A stretch of DNA of 59,272 nt from Bacteroidota bacterium (lineage in GTDB: Bacteria > Bacteroidota > Bacteroidia > NS11-12g > UBA955). Location: NCBI GenBank assembly GCA_041170785.1, contig JBEDND010000252.1, positions 1 to 59,272 on the forward strand, written 5' to 3'. Of the stretch, positions 9,774 through 18,004 are shown one piece after another. Positions within the stretch are counted from its first letter, which is position 1. The number at the start of each line of letters is the position of its first letter. Both the position numbers and the translations under genes were made by a program. The notes under the pieces were generated by a model. It was not told the DNA's origin. It did not search any database and saw nothing but the letters and a program-made list of their open reading frames with translations.

Positions 9774-11120
9774 TTAGTTTCCGGCTATTTCCACGGTCCA
9801 GATATTCTCCACCCCTGCTACTCCGGAAAGCTTTACGTTATCGGCTTCCGCGCGGGTGGATTTCTTGGTCAGGTACACGTAGTAGTATTTGTTCTTGCTG
9901 TTTTGGAATTTGTAACTGCGCAGACCTTTGGTGTATAGCTCTTTGATGAGCTTGTCGGCCATTTGTTCAGATTTATTCATCCCAACGCAAACATAATAAC
10001 CTGCCTCAGGCGCTTCGGGGCTCAATGGGCTGATGGTTAGGTACGCGGTATCGTAATTCGGGCGCAGGGCCTTCATTTCGGTGAGGTTGTGCACGGTGGC
10101 CGGAACTTTCAGCAAAGTTTGCTGCTCAGGTGCTTCTTCCTCAGTTTCTTCTTCCGCTTCTGGGCGTTCTGTGCCGTTACCACCCAGAACCAACATGTCG
10201 AGGCGTTGGTTTTCTTTATGCGGCTTGCTGATGATGAAGCTGGTGAAGAACTCATGACCGGAACCCAGCAGCTTGGCTTCAGGATTCACAGGCATGGAAT
10301 AAGCGTAACCCGCCAGAATGGTTTGGAATAGCCGTGCACCCAGATGCAGTGACAGGTTTTTGTTTCCGGAATTGTGGAATCCGGCCCAAACCACATCTTC
10401 AATCCACGCATTTATCCCGTACTGGAGGCTGCTGCGCTTAAAATCTGTCAGGTGCAGGCTCACCACCGGCTGAAGCATCAGTGCATCCGAAACCTGCAGC
10501 TTTGCAGCAGCATATGCGTTGGACAGATTTTGCAGCGAAAAAGTAGATGAGTAATTGGAGTTTTCATATAAGAAGCGCGGGTTTGCAATCCTGCCGCTGC
10601 TTACACCAAGTGTCAGTCCTTTGAGCTGATATAATGCCGAGAATTTCACATCAAAGCGGCTGGTACTTTGACCACGCAGATAGCTGGTATAAATCGGATC
10701 ATTCGGATGAACTACGTTGATGTTGTTGCCATTGAATTTCTGATTCAGAAAGCCGAGAGATGCTGCCAGGTGCAGGCGTTGGTCGCCGCTCAGTGGAATG
10801 GTGTACGCATAACTGGCATAAGCATTGGAAAGGGTGGTAAACCCGAGTTTTTCCTGTCCGAAATAGGCCCCAACGCCAATATTCTTTTTGGGTAACGGCA
10901 TACTGAAACTGGCCAGCATGTTGGATGGACTTCCCGGAATATCCCCGTAGAGTCGATTGTTAAAGAAGCTAAGTCGTGACGAAGTATAGGTATTGATACT
11001 TGCCGGATTGATGATGGCCGGGTCATGCATGTATTGGTCTATGCGTGAGGCGAGCTGTGCCGTTAGTTGCAGCGATGAAACAACGCATGCCAGCAGAATG
11101 AGGTTTTTTAAGTGTTTCAT
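9774..11120 (-). CDS. PorP/SprF-family type IX secretion system outer-membrane protein with C-terminal linker and SPOR-like domain
   Basis: Signal peptide, then AQLASRIDQYMHDPAIINPASIN (compare the PorP/SprF start QFSQYMxNxxxxNPA) and a beta-barrel-like alternating pattern to about residue 298. The start ATG overlaps the stop of the upstream adhesin (ATGA at 11117-11120). Confidence 0.8.
   Translation of the reverse strand: MKHLKNLILLACVVSSLQLTAQLASRIDQYMHDPAIINPASINTYTSSRLSFFNNRLYGDIPGSPSNMLASFSMPLPKKNIGVGAYFGQEKLGFTTLSNAYASYAYTIPLSGDQRLHLAASLGFLNQKFNGNNINVVHPNDPIYTSYLRGQSTSRFDVKFSALYQLKGLTLGVSSGRIANPRFLYENSNYSSTFSLQNLSNAYAAAKLQVSDALMLQPVVSLHLTDFKRSSLQYGINAWIEDVVWAGFHNSGNKNLSLHLGARLFQTILAGYAYSMPVNPEAKLLGSGHEFFTSFIISKPHKENQRLDMLVLGGNGTERPEAEEETEEEAPEQQTLLKVPATVHNLTEMKALRPNYDTAYLTISPLSPEAPEAGYYVCVGMNKSEQMADKLIKELYTKGLRSYKFQNSKNKYYYVYLTKKSTRAEADNVKLSGVAGVENIWTVEIAGN
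9786..10001 (-). other. SPOR-like (peptidoglycan-binding) domain at the C-terminus of the PorP/SprF protein
   Basis: Residues 374-445: GYYVCVGMNKSEQMADKLIKELYTKGLRSYKFQNSKNKYYYVYLTKKSTRAEADNVKLSGVAGVENIWTVEI. This fits the beta-alpha-beta-beta SPOR repeat pattern (YxVQVGAF..x.A..l...L...G......yrV.vG.f....A.......g..a.iv). An acidic linker ERPEAEEETEEEAPEQQ precedes it. Confidence 0.5.
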
Positions 11121-14100
11121 GGACGCTGAATAAATAGGTAACCTTTGATGGTTTTACCGGTGAACCGGTGTTGAATCACGTATAAATAGGTGCCGGTGGA
11201 TAGGGTTTCACCTTCTTGATTGGTGCCTTTCCAGTCGTTGTTGTATCCGGTTTCTTTCTCAAAAACCAATGACCCGTTGCTGCTGAACACCCGCAAATGC
11301 CAATCAGCAAAATCTTTGAGTATGCTCAAATCCCATGCATCATTCATGCCATCGGCATTCGGTGTGATCATGTTGGGCAGCTCCGGCTCACCGGCATTGC
11401 CCGGATTTCGCACCTGAACCCGAACGCTGTCGGTATCGGTGCATCCGTTTCCATCCACTACACGCAAAATGAATAAGGTATCGCGTTCTGGATTCACCTT
11501 GGTGGAAGGATTATTTGGCGTGTTGCACAAAGCTGAGGGTTCCCAGCGGTAGCTGCTGCCGCCACTTCCATTCAGCACCAGTTCGGCGCCAAGTACCATG
11601 GCTGTATCTAAGCCGGCATTGGCCACAGGTGCATTGAACACCCATACCCTGAAACTGTCTGTGGTGGTGCAAACAGCACCGTTATATGCGGTAACGCGGT
11701 ATGTGCCTGCGTTGCGGATGTAGCGGCTGCGGCTATTTTGTCCATCAAACCAGCGCACGGAATCACCTCCTGATGCCGTGAGCATCAACGAGTCATCCGG
11801 GCAGAATGGCAGATTGCCTGTGGGTATGATGCTCAAAGTAGGGCGACTCCTCAGGAACAAAGGTTTGGTGAAGCTGTCGCTGCAACCTTCTGTAGTTTTC
11901 AGCACCAGTGTAGCCAGGAAGGTTCCTGCATTCGGATAAGCATGTACCACACTAGCAGCTGTGGTGGTTTGCACGCTGCCGTCGCCAAATATCCAGTGTC
12001 TTTCAGCAGCTGTTGTTCCGCTGAGGAGGGACGAGTCGCGCAGGATTACAGGCTCTGGATGGCAAACTTCCGCTGCACCCCAGCGCACCGCCAAAGGCTC
12101 CAGAACAACGTATGCCTTGATGGCGCTGTCCACACATCCCCTGTTGGTTCCTGCCACCAGTTTCACACGCTTCAGGCCAGGCGATCCAAACGATTGGATG
12201 TTTGTGGCGGGTATCACGGCATTATCCCAGTACCAACGAGCACTGATGATGGTTTGTCCGCCGCTGGCACTGCTCAGGTTGCGCAACTCAAAGCGGTTTC
12301 CTTTGAAACATTGGATGCTGTCGTTGCCATTGGTCAGTGGGTCCAGGTCAAAATCGACCTGAGGCAGCCCGTAAACAGTGGCAACGGTGGCTGTGGAATC
12401 TGTACAGCCGTTTTGGGTGATTACCGACAAAACAACCGGGAAGTTGCCGGCACTGAACATCACGCGGTTGAAGTTTTGCTGCGTTCCGGCAACAGCTCCG
12501 CTGATGCGCCAGGTCCAGCTGCTGATGCTGTCGCCGGGAGTTCCTCCGCTGCCGTTAAAGGAGGCTGCGTTGTCCACACAAACACTGCTGATGGATGCAT
12601 TTACGCCGGCTTTGGGGAACACTACGAATGAATCTGTACTGGAAGCGATACAGCCATTATTGGTGATTACGGTCAGCTGCACTTGGTATGTTCCGCTGCT
12701 TAAGGTATCGAGCAAATCAACAACGGCGGTGTTTCCCACCGGTTTTCCATTGAGTGTGTAAGTCCAGCTGACAACCGTATCGGCCGGATAGCCTGCCGTT
12801 CCCTGAAGCAGTACATTCTTGCCAAGACACGCATTGGAGAGGCTTAGCGTGGGATTGGCAGCTTGCAACATGGTCACTGAATTTGAAACAGAATCGGTAC
12901 AACCAAAGTTGCTGCGCACCACCAGCTTTACCGTGTAGGTTCCGGGTGCGGGGAAGGTATGATTTTCAACCTGAGCGCTGCCAAAAGTGCCGTCGCCAAA
13001 ATCCCAGCTGCGGGATGCCACACTGCCACCGGGAATAATGCTTTGGTCGTTGAACGTAACAGGCAAACCCGGACAGGCAATGGGCACATTAAACAACACC
13101 TGCGGGATGTTGTTCACGGCAACATCAGCCAAGATGGAATCTGCGTAGCCGCTTCCGTTCCAAACCTTCAGGGAAACCTGATAGATGCCGGGTGTGCTGT
13201 AGGTGAAAGATGGGTTTTGTGCATTGGATGTATCGGCCAGATTACTGGTGCCAAAATTCCAGAGCCAGCGTGTGATGATGTTTTTTCTGTCTATGGAAGC
13301 ATCGGAAAACGAAGTGGGGTTTCCGGAGCAGGAATTGCCATAAGTGAAACGGGCGAAGGGTTCAGGGTTACCCAGGGAGTTGAGGCCGCCTGTGGTATTT
13401 GCCAGGATGAAAAAACCGGTAGTATCTGTAAATGCAGAAGCAGATATTTCCCCCAGCCTGGGTGCAGTACCCAAGCCACCCAGGTCGGCATAAACGGTAC
13501 TTCCGTGTGGCAAAGTGAGCAGCCGGAGGCTGTCTACATCGTACACTTCATCGTCTGTAAAGGTGGAATCGTAAGCAACGGCAACTTCGATATCCTGGGG
13601 AATAGCTGCGCCAATATGTTGCATTTCCCAGTGATGAACCTTTGAAACAGCACGGATGCCGGCAGGAAGGGTACCGGCTGGTGCGGCAGCAGAGATTAAC
13701 TGAAATCCGTATAGGTTTAAGTCGTAGGTGCTTTGTTTGATGTTCATCCGCACGGGCCGGAAGTCGTTGTTGCGGCCAATCGGAAATTCCATATTACCTG
13801 CGAAAGGATTGCTGTTTTCCAGATAATAGAAACCGTTCACGAAGCTGTTCGCATTGCCTTTGCTGCAATAAGCGTATTCTTTGGTGGCGAAGAGCACGCC
13901 AATTTCCGGCGTGATGATGCCGTTATTGAACTGGAGGCTGTCTTGGATATACAGCATCAGGCCTTGCAGGTAAAGTTCAATACCTGTGAAGCCATCCATG
14001 GTTAAACTTTTCAGTGTAACGGTATCAGACGCAACCCATAGGAAAGAACGATCCAGCACGACGCTTTCGGGATAATAACCCTTGGCAATATGAATGGTGT

Positions 14101-14296
14101 CTTGATTTGATGCCACAGATAAGCAGGCATTCAGGGTTTTTTTCGGCCCTTCATATCCAGAGATAAAAATTGGCGTAGATCCATCAAGCGTATCATTGCC
14201 GGCCACAACATCAACATAAAACACCTTCGCCTGTAGGCTGAATGCAGTATTTGCGAGTAATCCCAGCATGATAACTGTTCGAAACAGTTTATTCAT
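11117..14296 (-). CDS. Cell-surface multi-PKD-domain protein with T9SS type-B (gliding-motility-associated) C-terminal sorting domain
   Basis: Signal peptide MNKLFRTVIMLGLLANTAFSLQA and several PKD-like repeats (WxFGDG: RSWDFGDGTFGS, RHWIFGDGSVQ). The C-terminus PNMITPNADGMNDAWDL...GTYLYVIQ...GYLFIQRP matches the type-B CTD pattern. The start is moved to the ATG at 14296, since the track TTG at 14323 lies upstream of the promoter motif. Confidence 0.8.
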   Translation of the reverse strand: MNKLFRTVIMLGLLANTAFSLQAKVFYVDVVAGNDTLDGSTPIFISGYEGPKKTLNACLSVASNQDTIHIAKGYYPESVVLDRSFLWVASDTVTLKSLTMDGFTGIELYLQGLMLYIQDSLQFNNGIITPEIGVLFATKEYAYCSKGNANSFVNGFYYLENSNPFAGNMEFPIGRNNDFRPVRMNIKQSTYDLNLYGFQLISAAAPAGTLPAGIRAVSKVHHWEMQHIGAAIPQDIEVAVAYDSTFTDDEVYDVDSLRLLTLPHGSTVYADLGGLGTAPRLGEISASAFTDTTGFFILANTTGGLNSLGNPEPFARFTYGNSCSGNPTSFSDASIDRKNIITRWLWNFGTSNLADTSNAQNPSFTYSTPGIYQVSLKVWNGSGYADSILADVAVNNIPQVLFNVPIACPGLPVTFNDQSIIPGGSVASRSWDFGDGTFGSAQVENHTFPAPGTYTVKLVVRSNFGCTDSVSNSVTMLQAANPTLSLSNACLGKNVLLQGTAGYPADTVVSWTYTLNGKPVGNTAVVDLLDTLSSGTYQVQLTVITNNGCIASSTDSFVVFPKAGVNASISSVCVDNAASFNGSGGTPGDSISSWTWRISGAVAGTQQNFNRVMFSAGNFPVVLSVITQNGCTDSTATVATVYGLPQVDFDLDPLTNGNDSIQCFKGNRFELRNLSSASGGQTIISARWYWDNAVIPATNIQSFGSPGLKRVKLVAGTNRGCVDSAIKAYVVLEPLAVRWGAAEVCHPEPVILRDSSLLSGTTAAERHWIFGDGSVQTTTAASVVHAYPNAGTFLATLVLKTTEGCSDSFTKPLFLRSRPTLSIIPTGNLPFCPDDSLMLTASGGDSVRWFDGQNSRSRYIRNAGTYRVTAYNGAVCTTTDSFRVWVFNAPVANAGLDTAMVLGAELVLNGSGGSSYRWEPSALCNTPNNPSTKVNPERDTLFILRVVDGNGCTDTDSVRVQVRNPGNAGEPELPNMITPNADGMNDAWDLSILKDFADWHLRVFSSNGSLVFEKETGYNNDWKGTNQEGETLSTGTYLYVIQHRFTGKTIKGYLFIQRP

Positions 14297-14302
14297 AATG
14301 TG

Positions 14303-14310
14303 CAAATATA
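14303..14310 (-). promoter_or_regulatory. -7 promoter element TAnnTTTG (TATATTTG) upstream of the adhesin-sprF pair
   Basis: Plus strand caaatata. It lies 6 nt upstream of the ATG at 14296. Confidence 0.5.
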
Positions 14311-14407
14311 TCTGTATCTGCAAAAGTCAATATGACCTGCATCACGTTTGCACCAAAAGCATGCAGTGCAGCATGACATAGAGGTCTATGCCCGATGGGT
14401 GATTTAT

Positions 14408-16108
14408 TCAGGAAGCAGCTTTAACATCCTTCAACCTGAGTTGAAGCGTTGTTCGGTTGTTGAACGTATTTTCTTCGATACAATACGCAGCATGAAAACG
14501 GTTGTTTCCCGAAACATGGTTGTAGGCTTCGGCAAGTCCGAAACCAATACCATCCATGTGGAGTCCGTTTTGATATACTTGAATTTTGAGGTGTTTTTCC
14601 TTCAGAATGCGGGCATTTCCCTGTGCGCACAAATTTGAAGTTTTAAATATGGGCAGCATATTACCCGGCCCAAAAGGAGCCAGTTTTAGAATAGACTGGT
14701 AGAAATCCTTGGTAATATCTGCCAGGTTCAGTTCTACATCATATTCAATTTCGGGAACCAGGCTGTGTTCGTTGATGTCTTCCTTCACGATGGCTTCAAA
14801 CCGTTCCATAAACGCAGGCAGATTTTCGGATTTGATGCTTAATCCTGCCGCGTATTTATGTCCTCCGAATTGTTCTACCAAGTCGCCGCATTTGCCAATG
14901 GCTTCATGGATGTCAAAGTCTTTCACGCTGCGCGCAGAGCCGGTAAGCATCTGGTCGGTGCGGCTGAATACGATGGTAGGCTTATAAAATTGTTCTACCA
15001 GCCTGCTGGCCACGATGCCAATAACCCCTTTATGCCAATGTTCGCCAAACAACACGGTGCTGCGTTTTTTCATCAGTTCCTCGGAGTTCAGGATCATGTT
15101 CACCGCTTCGCGGGTGATATCGCTGTCCAGGTCTTTGCGTTCCACGTTGCGGTCGTTCAACACCTTGGCCAGCTGCATGGAAGTATTGAAATCCTTTTCA
15201 ATAAGCACCTTCACTGCAGCGCGTGCATCGGCAATGCGTCCGGCTGCGTTGATGCGCGGCCCTACGCCAAACACGATGTCTGTGATGGTGTATTCATCCT
15301 TCATCACGTAGTTGTGGAGCAATGACTGAAGCCCGATGCAGGGGTCATTATTCAGTTTTTTCAGTCCGAAATAAGCCAGTACCCGGTTTTCGCCGCGTAT
15401 GTCCACGATGTCGCTGGCAATGCTTACGGCCACCAGGTCCAGATATTCATCCAGCAGGGAAGGATCCATTCCGGTTTTCTGGATGTAGGCTTGGATGAGT
15501 TTAAAGCCAATGCCGCATCCGGAGAGTTCTTTGTAGGGATAGGTACAATCCAGGCGCTTGGGGTCTAAAACAGCAACAGCTTTGGGAATGGTTGTGCCGG
15601 GCAGGTGGTGGTCACAGATGATGAAATCAATACCCTGTGCTTTCGCTTCTTCAACCAGTTCATTGCTGCGCACGCCGCAATCCAGAGCGATGATCAGTGA
15701 ATATCCATGCTCTTTGGCGAAGGCGATGCCCTGACGCGAAATGCCGTATCCCTCTTTGTATCTGTCGGGGATGTAATAATCCATCCGCGGGTTAAAAGAC
15801 CTGAAGAACTGATAAACAATGGAAACGGCTGTAGTGCCATCCACATCGTAATCTCCGTAAACCAGAATGCCTTCTTTGTTTTTAATGGCCTGTTCAATGC
15901 GGTGAATGGCCAAATCCATATCCTTCATGAGGAACGGATCATGCAGGTGTTCCATCTTGGGTTCAAAGAAGCGCATGGCTTCTTCCGGGTCAGAAATGTC
16001 CCGCTGAACAAGGATGGACGAAAGTTTTGGATGGATGTTGAGCGTTTCCGTTAACAGTGCCACCTTATCAGCAGGTGGTTGAGGTTTGGCACTCCAACGG
16101 TATTCCAT
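14408..16108 (-). CDS. recJ: Single-stranded-DNA-specific exonuclease RecJ
   Basis: DHH-family motifs VYGDYDVDGTTA, IALDCGV and ICDHHLPG, plus DHHA1 GGHKYAAGLSI. 566 aa. Confidence 0.93.
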   Translation of the reverse strand: MEYRWSAKPQPPADKVALLTETLNIHPKLSSILVQRDISDPEEAMRFFEPKMEHLHDPFLMKDMDLAIHRIEQAIKNKEGILVYGDYDVDGTTAVSIVYQFFRSFNPRMDYYIPDRYKEGYGISRQGIAFAKEHGYSLIIALDCGVRSNELVEEAKAQGIDFIICDHHLPGTTIPKAVAVLDPKRLDCTYPYKELSGCGIGFKLIQAYIQKTGMDPSLLDEYLDLVAVSIASDIVDIRGENRVLAYFGLKKLNNDPCIGLQSLLHNYVMKDEYTITDIVFGVGPRINAAGRIADARAAVKVLIEKDFNTSMQLAKVLNDRNVERKDLDSDITREAVNMILNSEELMKKRSTVLFGEHWHKGVIGIVASRLVEQFYKPTIVFSRTDQMLTGSARSVKDFDIHEAIGKCGDLVEQFGGHKYAAGLSIKSENLPAFMERFEAIVKEDINEHSLVPEIEYDVELNLADITKDFYQSILKLAPFGPGNMLPIFKTSNLCAQGNARILKEKHLKIQVYQNGLHMDGIGFGLAEAYNHVSGNNRFHAAYCIEENTFNNRTTLQLRLKDVKAAS

Positions 16109-16156
16109 AAGCCTACAAAGTTCGTAAAAAACTGTGAACCTTTGAAACTCCTGTCA

Positions 16157-16771
16157 TCAGGTTATGCGTTCGCAAACGGCTAAACCGTGCACCAGGTATT
16201 GTTTTCCGCTGAGGTGTTCTGCGCACAGGTAGCGTGTTTTCCGTTTTTCACCCTTCCGCAGCACCAATCCGTTTTGCAGGCGGAACAAACTTCCCGGAGG
16301 TAATTCTTCCACAAGATGCTGTCCTGTTTGTTTGTCGTATCGCCGCAGGGTGCGCATCAGGTTGGGGTCGCTGCAGGTGCTGGCTTTGGGGCGGGTCAGG
16401 TAGTTGTCGAGTGCCGTTTGCACATCGGCAGGAAGTATCCGCGCGCTGCTTACCGGTGTCATCACCTTGCGAAATTCCTGTTTCCATTCCGGGCCATGCG
16501 CCATCACGCGGAACTGGTGTGTGTTCCAGTTGGTGAGATGCGCGATTTCATGAAAAAAGGTAATCGTGAAGGCGTAGGGATTCAGGTCGCGGTTCACGGA
16601 AATGCGGTGCTGCCCGTTTTCTGAAGGTGGCATATAGTTGCCGCGTATGCTCTTTCTGGGTTTGGCAATGCGCAGGTGTATGCGGTGTTCCAGCATGTAG
16701 TGCGCGGCATAATCCACTACCTGTTCAGGCATGTATTTTCTCAGGATGTCGCACAGCTGCTGCTTTTCCAT
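16157..16771 (-). CDS. SprT-like zinc metalloprotease domain protein
   Basis: HEIAHL (HExxH) followed by HGPEW, as in the SprT-like family. 204 aa. It ends 48 nt upstream of recJ. Confidence 0.72.
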   Translation of the reverse strand: MEKQQLCDILRKYMPEQVVDYAAHYMLEHRIHLRIAKPRKSIRGNYMPPSENGQHRISVNRDLNPYAFTITFFHEIAHLTNWNTHQFRVMAHGPEWKQEFRKVMTPVSSARILPADVQTALDNYLTRPKASTCSDPNLMRTLRRYDKQTGQHLVEELPPGSLFRLQNGLVLRKGEKRKTRYLCAEHLSGKQYLVHGLAVCERIT

Positions 16772-16783
16772 CGGCCAAGAACC

Positions 16784-17980
16784 TCAAAGTCTGTTGAGGG
16801 CGAGCTCGGAAACGCTGTTGCCTATGCTCAGGCTGCTGGTTGCCGCGGGCGAAGGCGCATTCAACACGTGAATACAGCCTACATCTTCGCGGATCACAAA
16901 GTCGTCAATGAGTCCGCCATTGCGGTCACAGGCCTGTGCCCTCACTCCTGCACCTGCAGGTTCCAGGTCGTTCATCTTTATTTCCGGCACCAGCTCTTGC
17001 AAAGCTTTGGTAAATGCGCGTTTGCTGTAGGATCGGTACAACTCACCGAGCCCGGTTTGCCAATATTTAGATGCCACCTTGCGGAAGCCCTTCCAGCTCA
17101 GGCTTTCCCAAAGTTCGCCCCAGTTGATGTCGCTTTTTGTGTAACCTTCACGGCTGTAGGCAAGCACCGCATTTGGTCCTGCTTCTATTTCCCCGCTGAT
17201 GCGACGGGTAAAGTGCACACCCAAAAACGGGAAGTTGGGGTCAGGAACCGGGTAAATAAGGTTCTTGACCAACTTTGCCTGCTCCGGACGGATGGCATAA
17301 TATTCACCGCGGAACGGAATGATGCGCACATCCAGATTCTGCCCGGCCATGGCGGCAATTTTATCACAGTACAAACCAGCGCAGTTGATCATCAAACGGG
17401 TTTCATACTGTTCCTTTTTTGTGCTGATAATGGTGGCATTTGCCGCCGGTTTTACCCCAGTAACGGCGCTGTCAAAATGGATGCTTCCACCCAAGCTGCA
17501 GAACACATCGGCCATCTTCTCGGCAACTATTTTGTAATCTACGATACCGGTTTGGGGGACAAAAACGCCTTTGATGCCGGAACAGTGTGGTTCGAGTTCG
17601 CGTACCTCTTCGCGGGTAAGGTGGCGCAATCCGGCAAGTCCGTTTTGCACCCCGCGCTGATATATCTGTTCCAATGCCGGCAATTGCTCCTGACGTGTGG
17701 CTACGATCACTTTTCCGCAGCGCTCAAAAGGAATCGATTGTTCGTCACAAAACGCCAGCAGCTGGTGGTATCCTTCAATGCAATTCCGCGCCTTCAGGCT
17801 TCCCGGTTTGTAATAAATCCCGGAATGAATCACCCCGCTGTTGTGTCCGGTTTGATGGGCTGCCACCTGTTGTTCTTTTTCAAGGATCAGCACCTGCAAT
17901 TCCGGTTTGGATTGCTTCAAACGCAAGGCTGTAGCCAATCCTACTATTCCTCCGCCCACAATCACTGCATCGTATTTCAT
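16784..17980 (-). CDS. lhgO: L-2-hydroxyglutarate oxidase (FAD-dependent)
   Basis: MKYDAVIVGGGIVGLATA Rossmann motif, HQTGHNSGVIHSGIYYKPGS and a LhgO-like length of 398 aa. Confidence 0.85.
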   Translation of the reverse strand: MKYDAVIVGGGIVGLATALRLKQSKPELQVLILEKEQQVAAHQTGHNSGVIHSGIYYKPGSLKARNCIEGYHQLLAFCDEQSIPFERCGKVIVATRQEQLPALEQIYQRGVQNGLAGLRHLTREEVRELEPHCSGIKGVFVPQTGIVDYKIVAEKMADVFCSLGGSIHFDSAVTGVKPAANATIISTKKEQYETRLMINCAGLYCDKIAAMAGQNLDVRIIPFRGEYYAIRPEQAKLVKNLIYPVPDPNFPFLGVHFTRRISGEIEAGPNAVLAYSREGYTKSDINWGELWESLSWKGFRKVASKYWQTGLGELYRSYSKRAFTKALQELVPEIKMNDLEPAGAGVRAQACDRNGGLIDDFVIREDVGCIHVLNAPSPAATSSLSIGNSVSELALNRL

Positions 17981-18004
17981 GTGTGCGAATTTAAGCGCTT
18001 GAAC

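Noticed and set aside
11117-14296. Repetitive structure of the two adhesin genes, considered as DNA-level tandem repeats, a CRISPR-like array or a recombination cassette.
   Set aside because: The repetition is at the protein-domain level (divergent PKD modules, with WxFGDG motifs encoded by different codons). I saw no long identical DNA repeats within or between the two genes.
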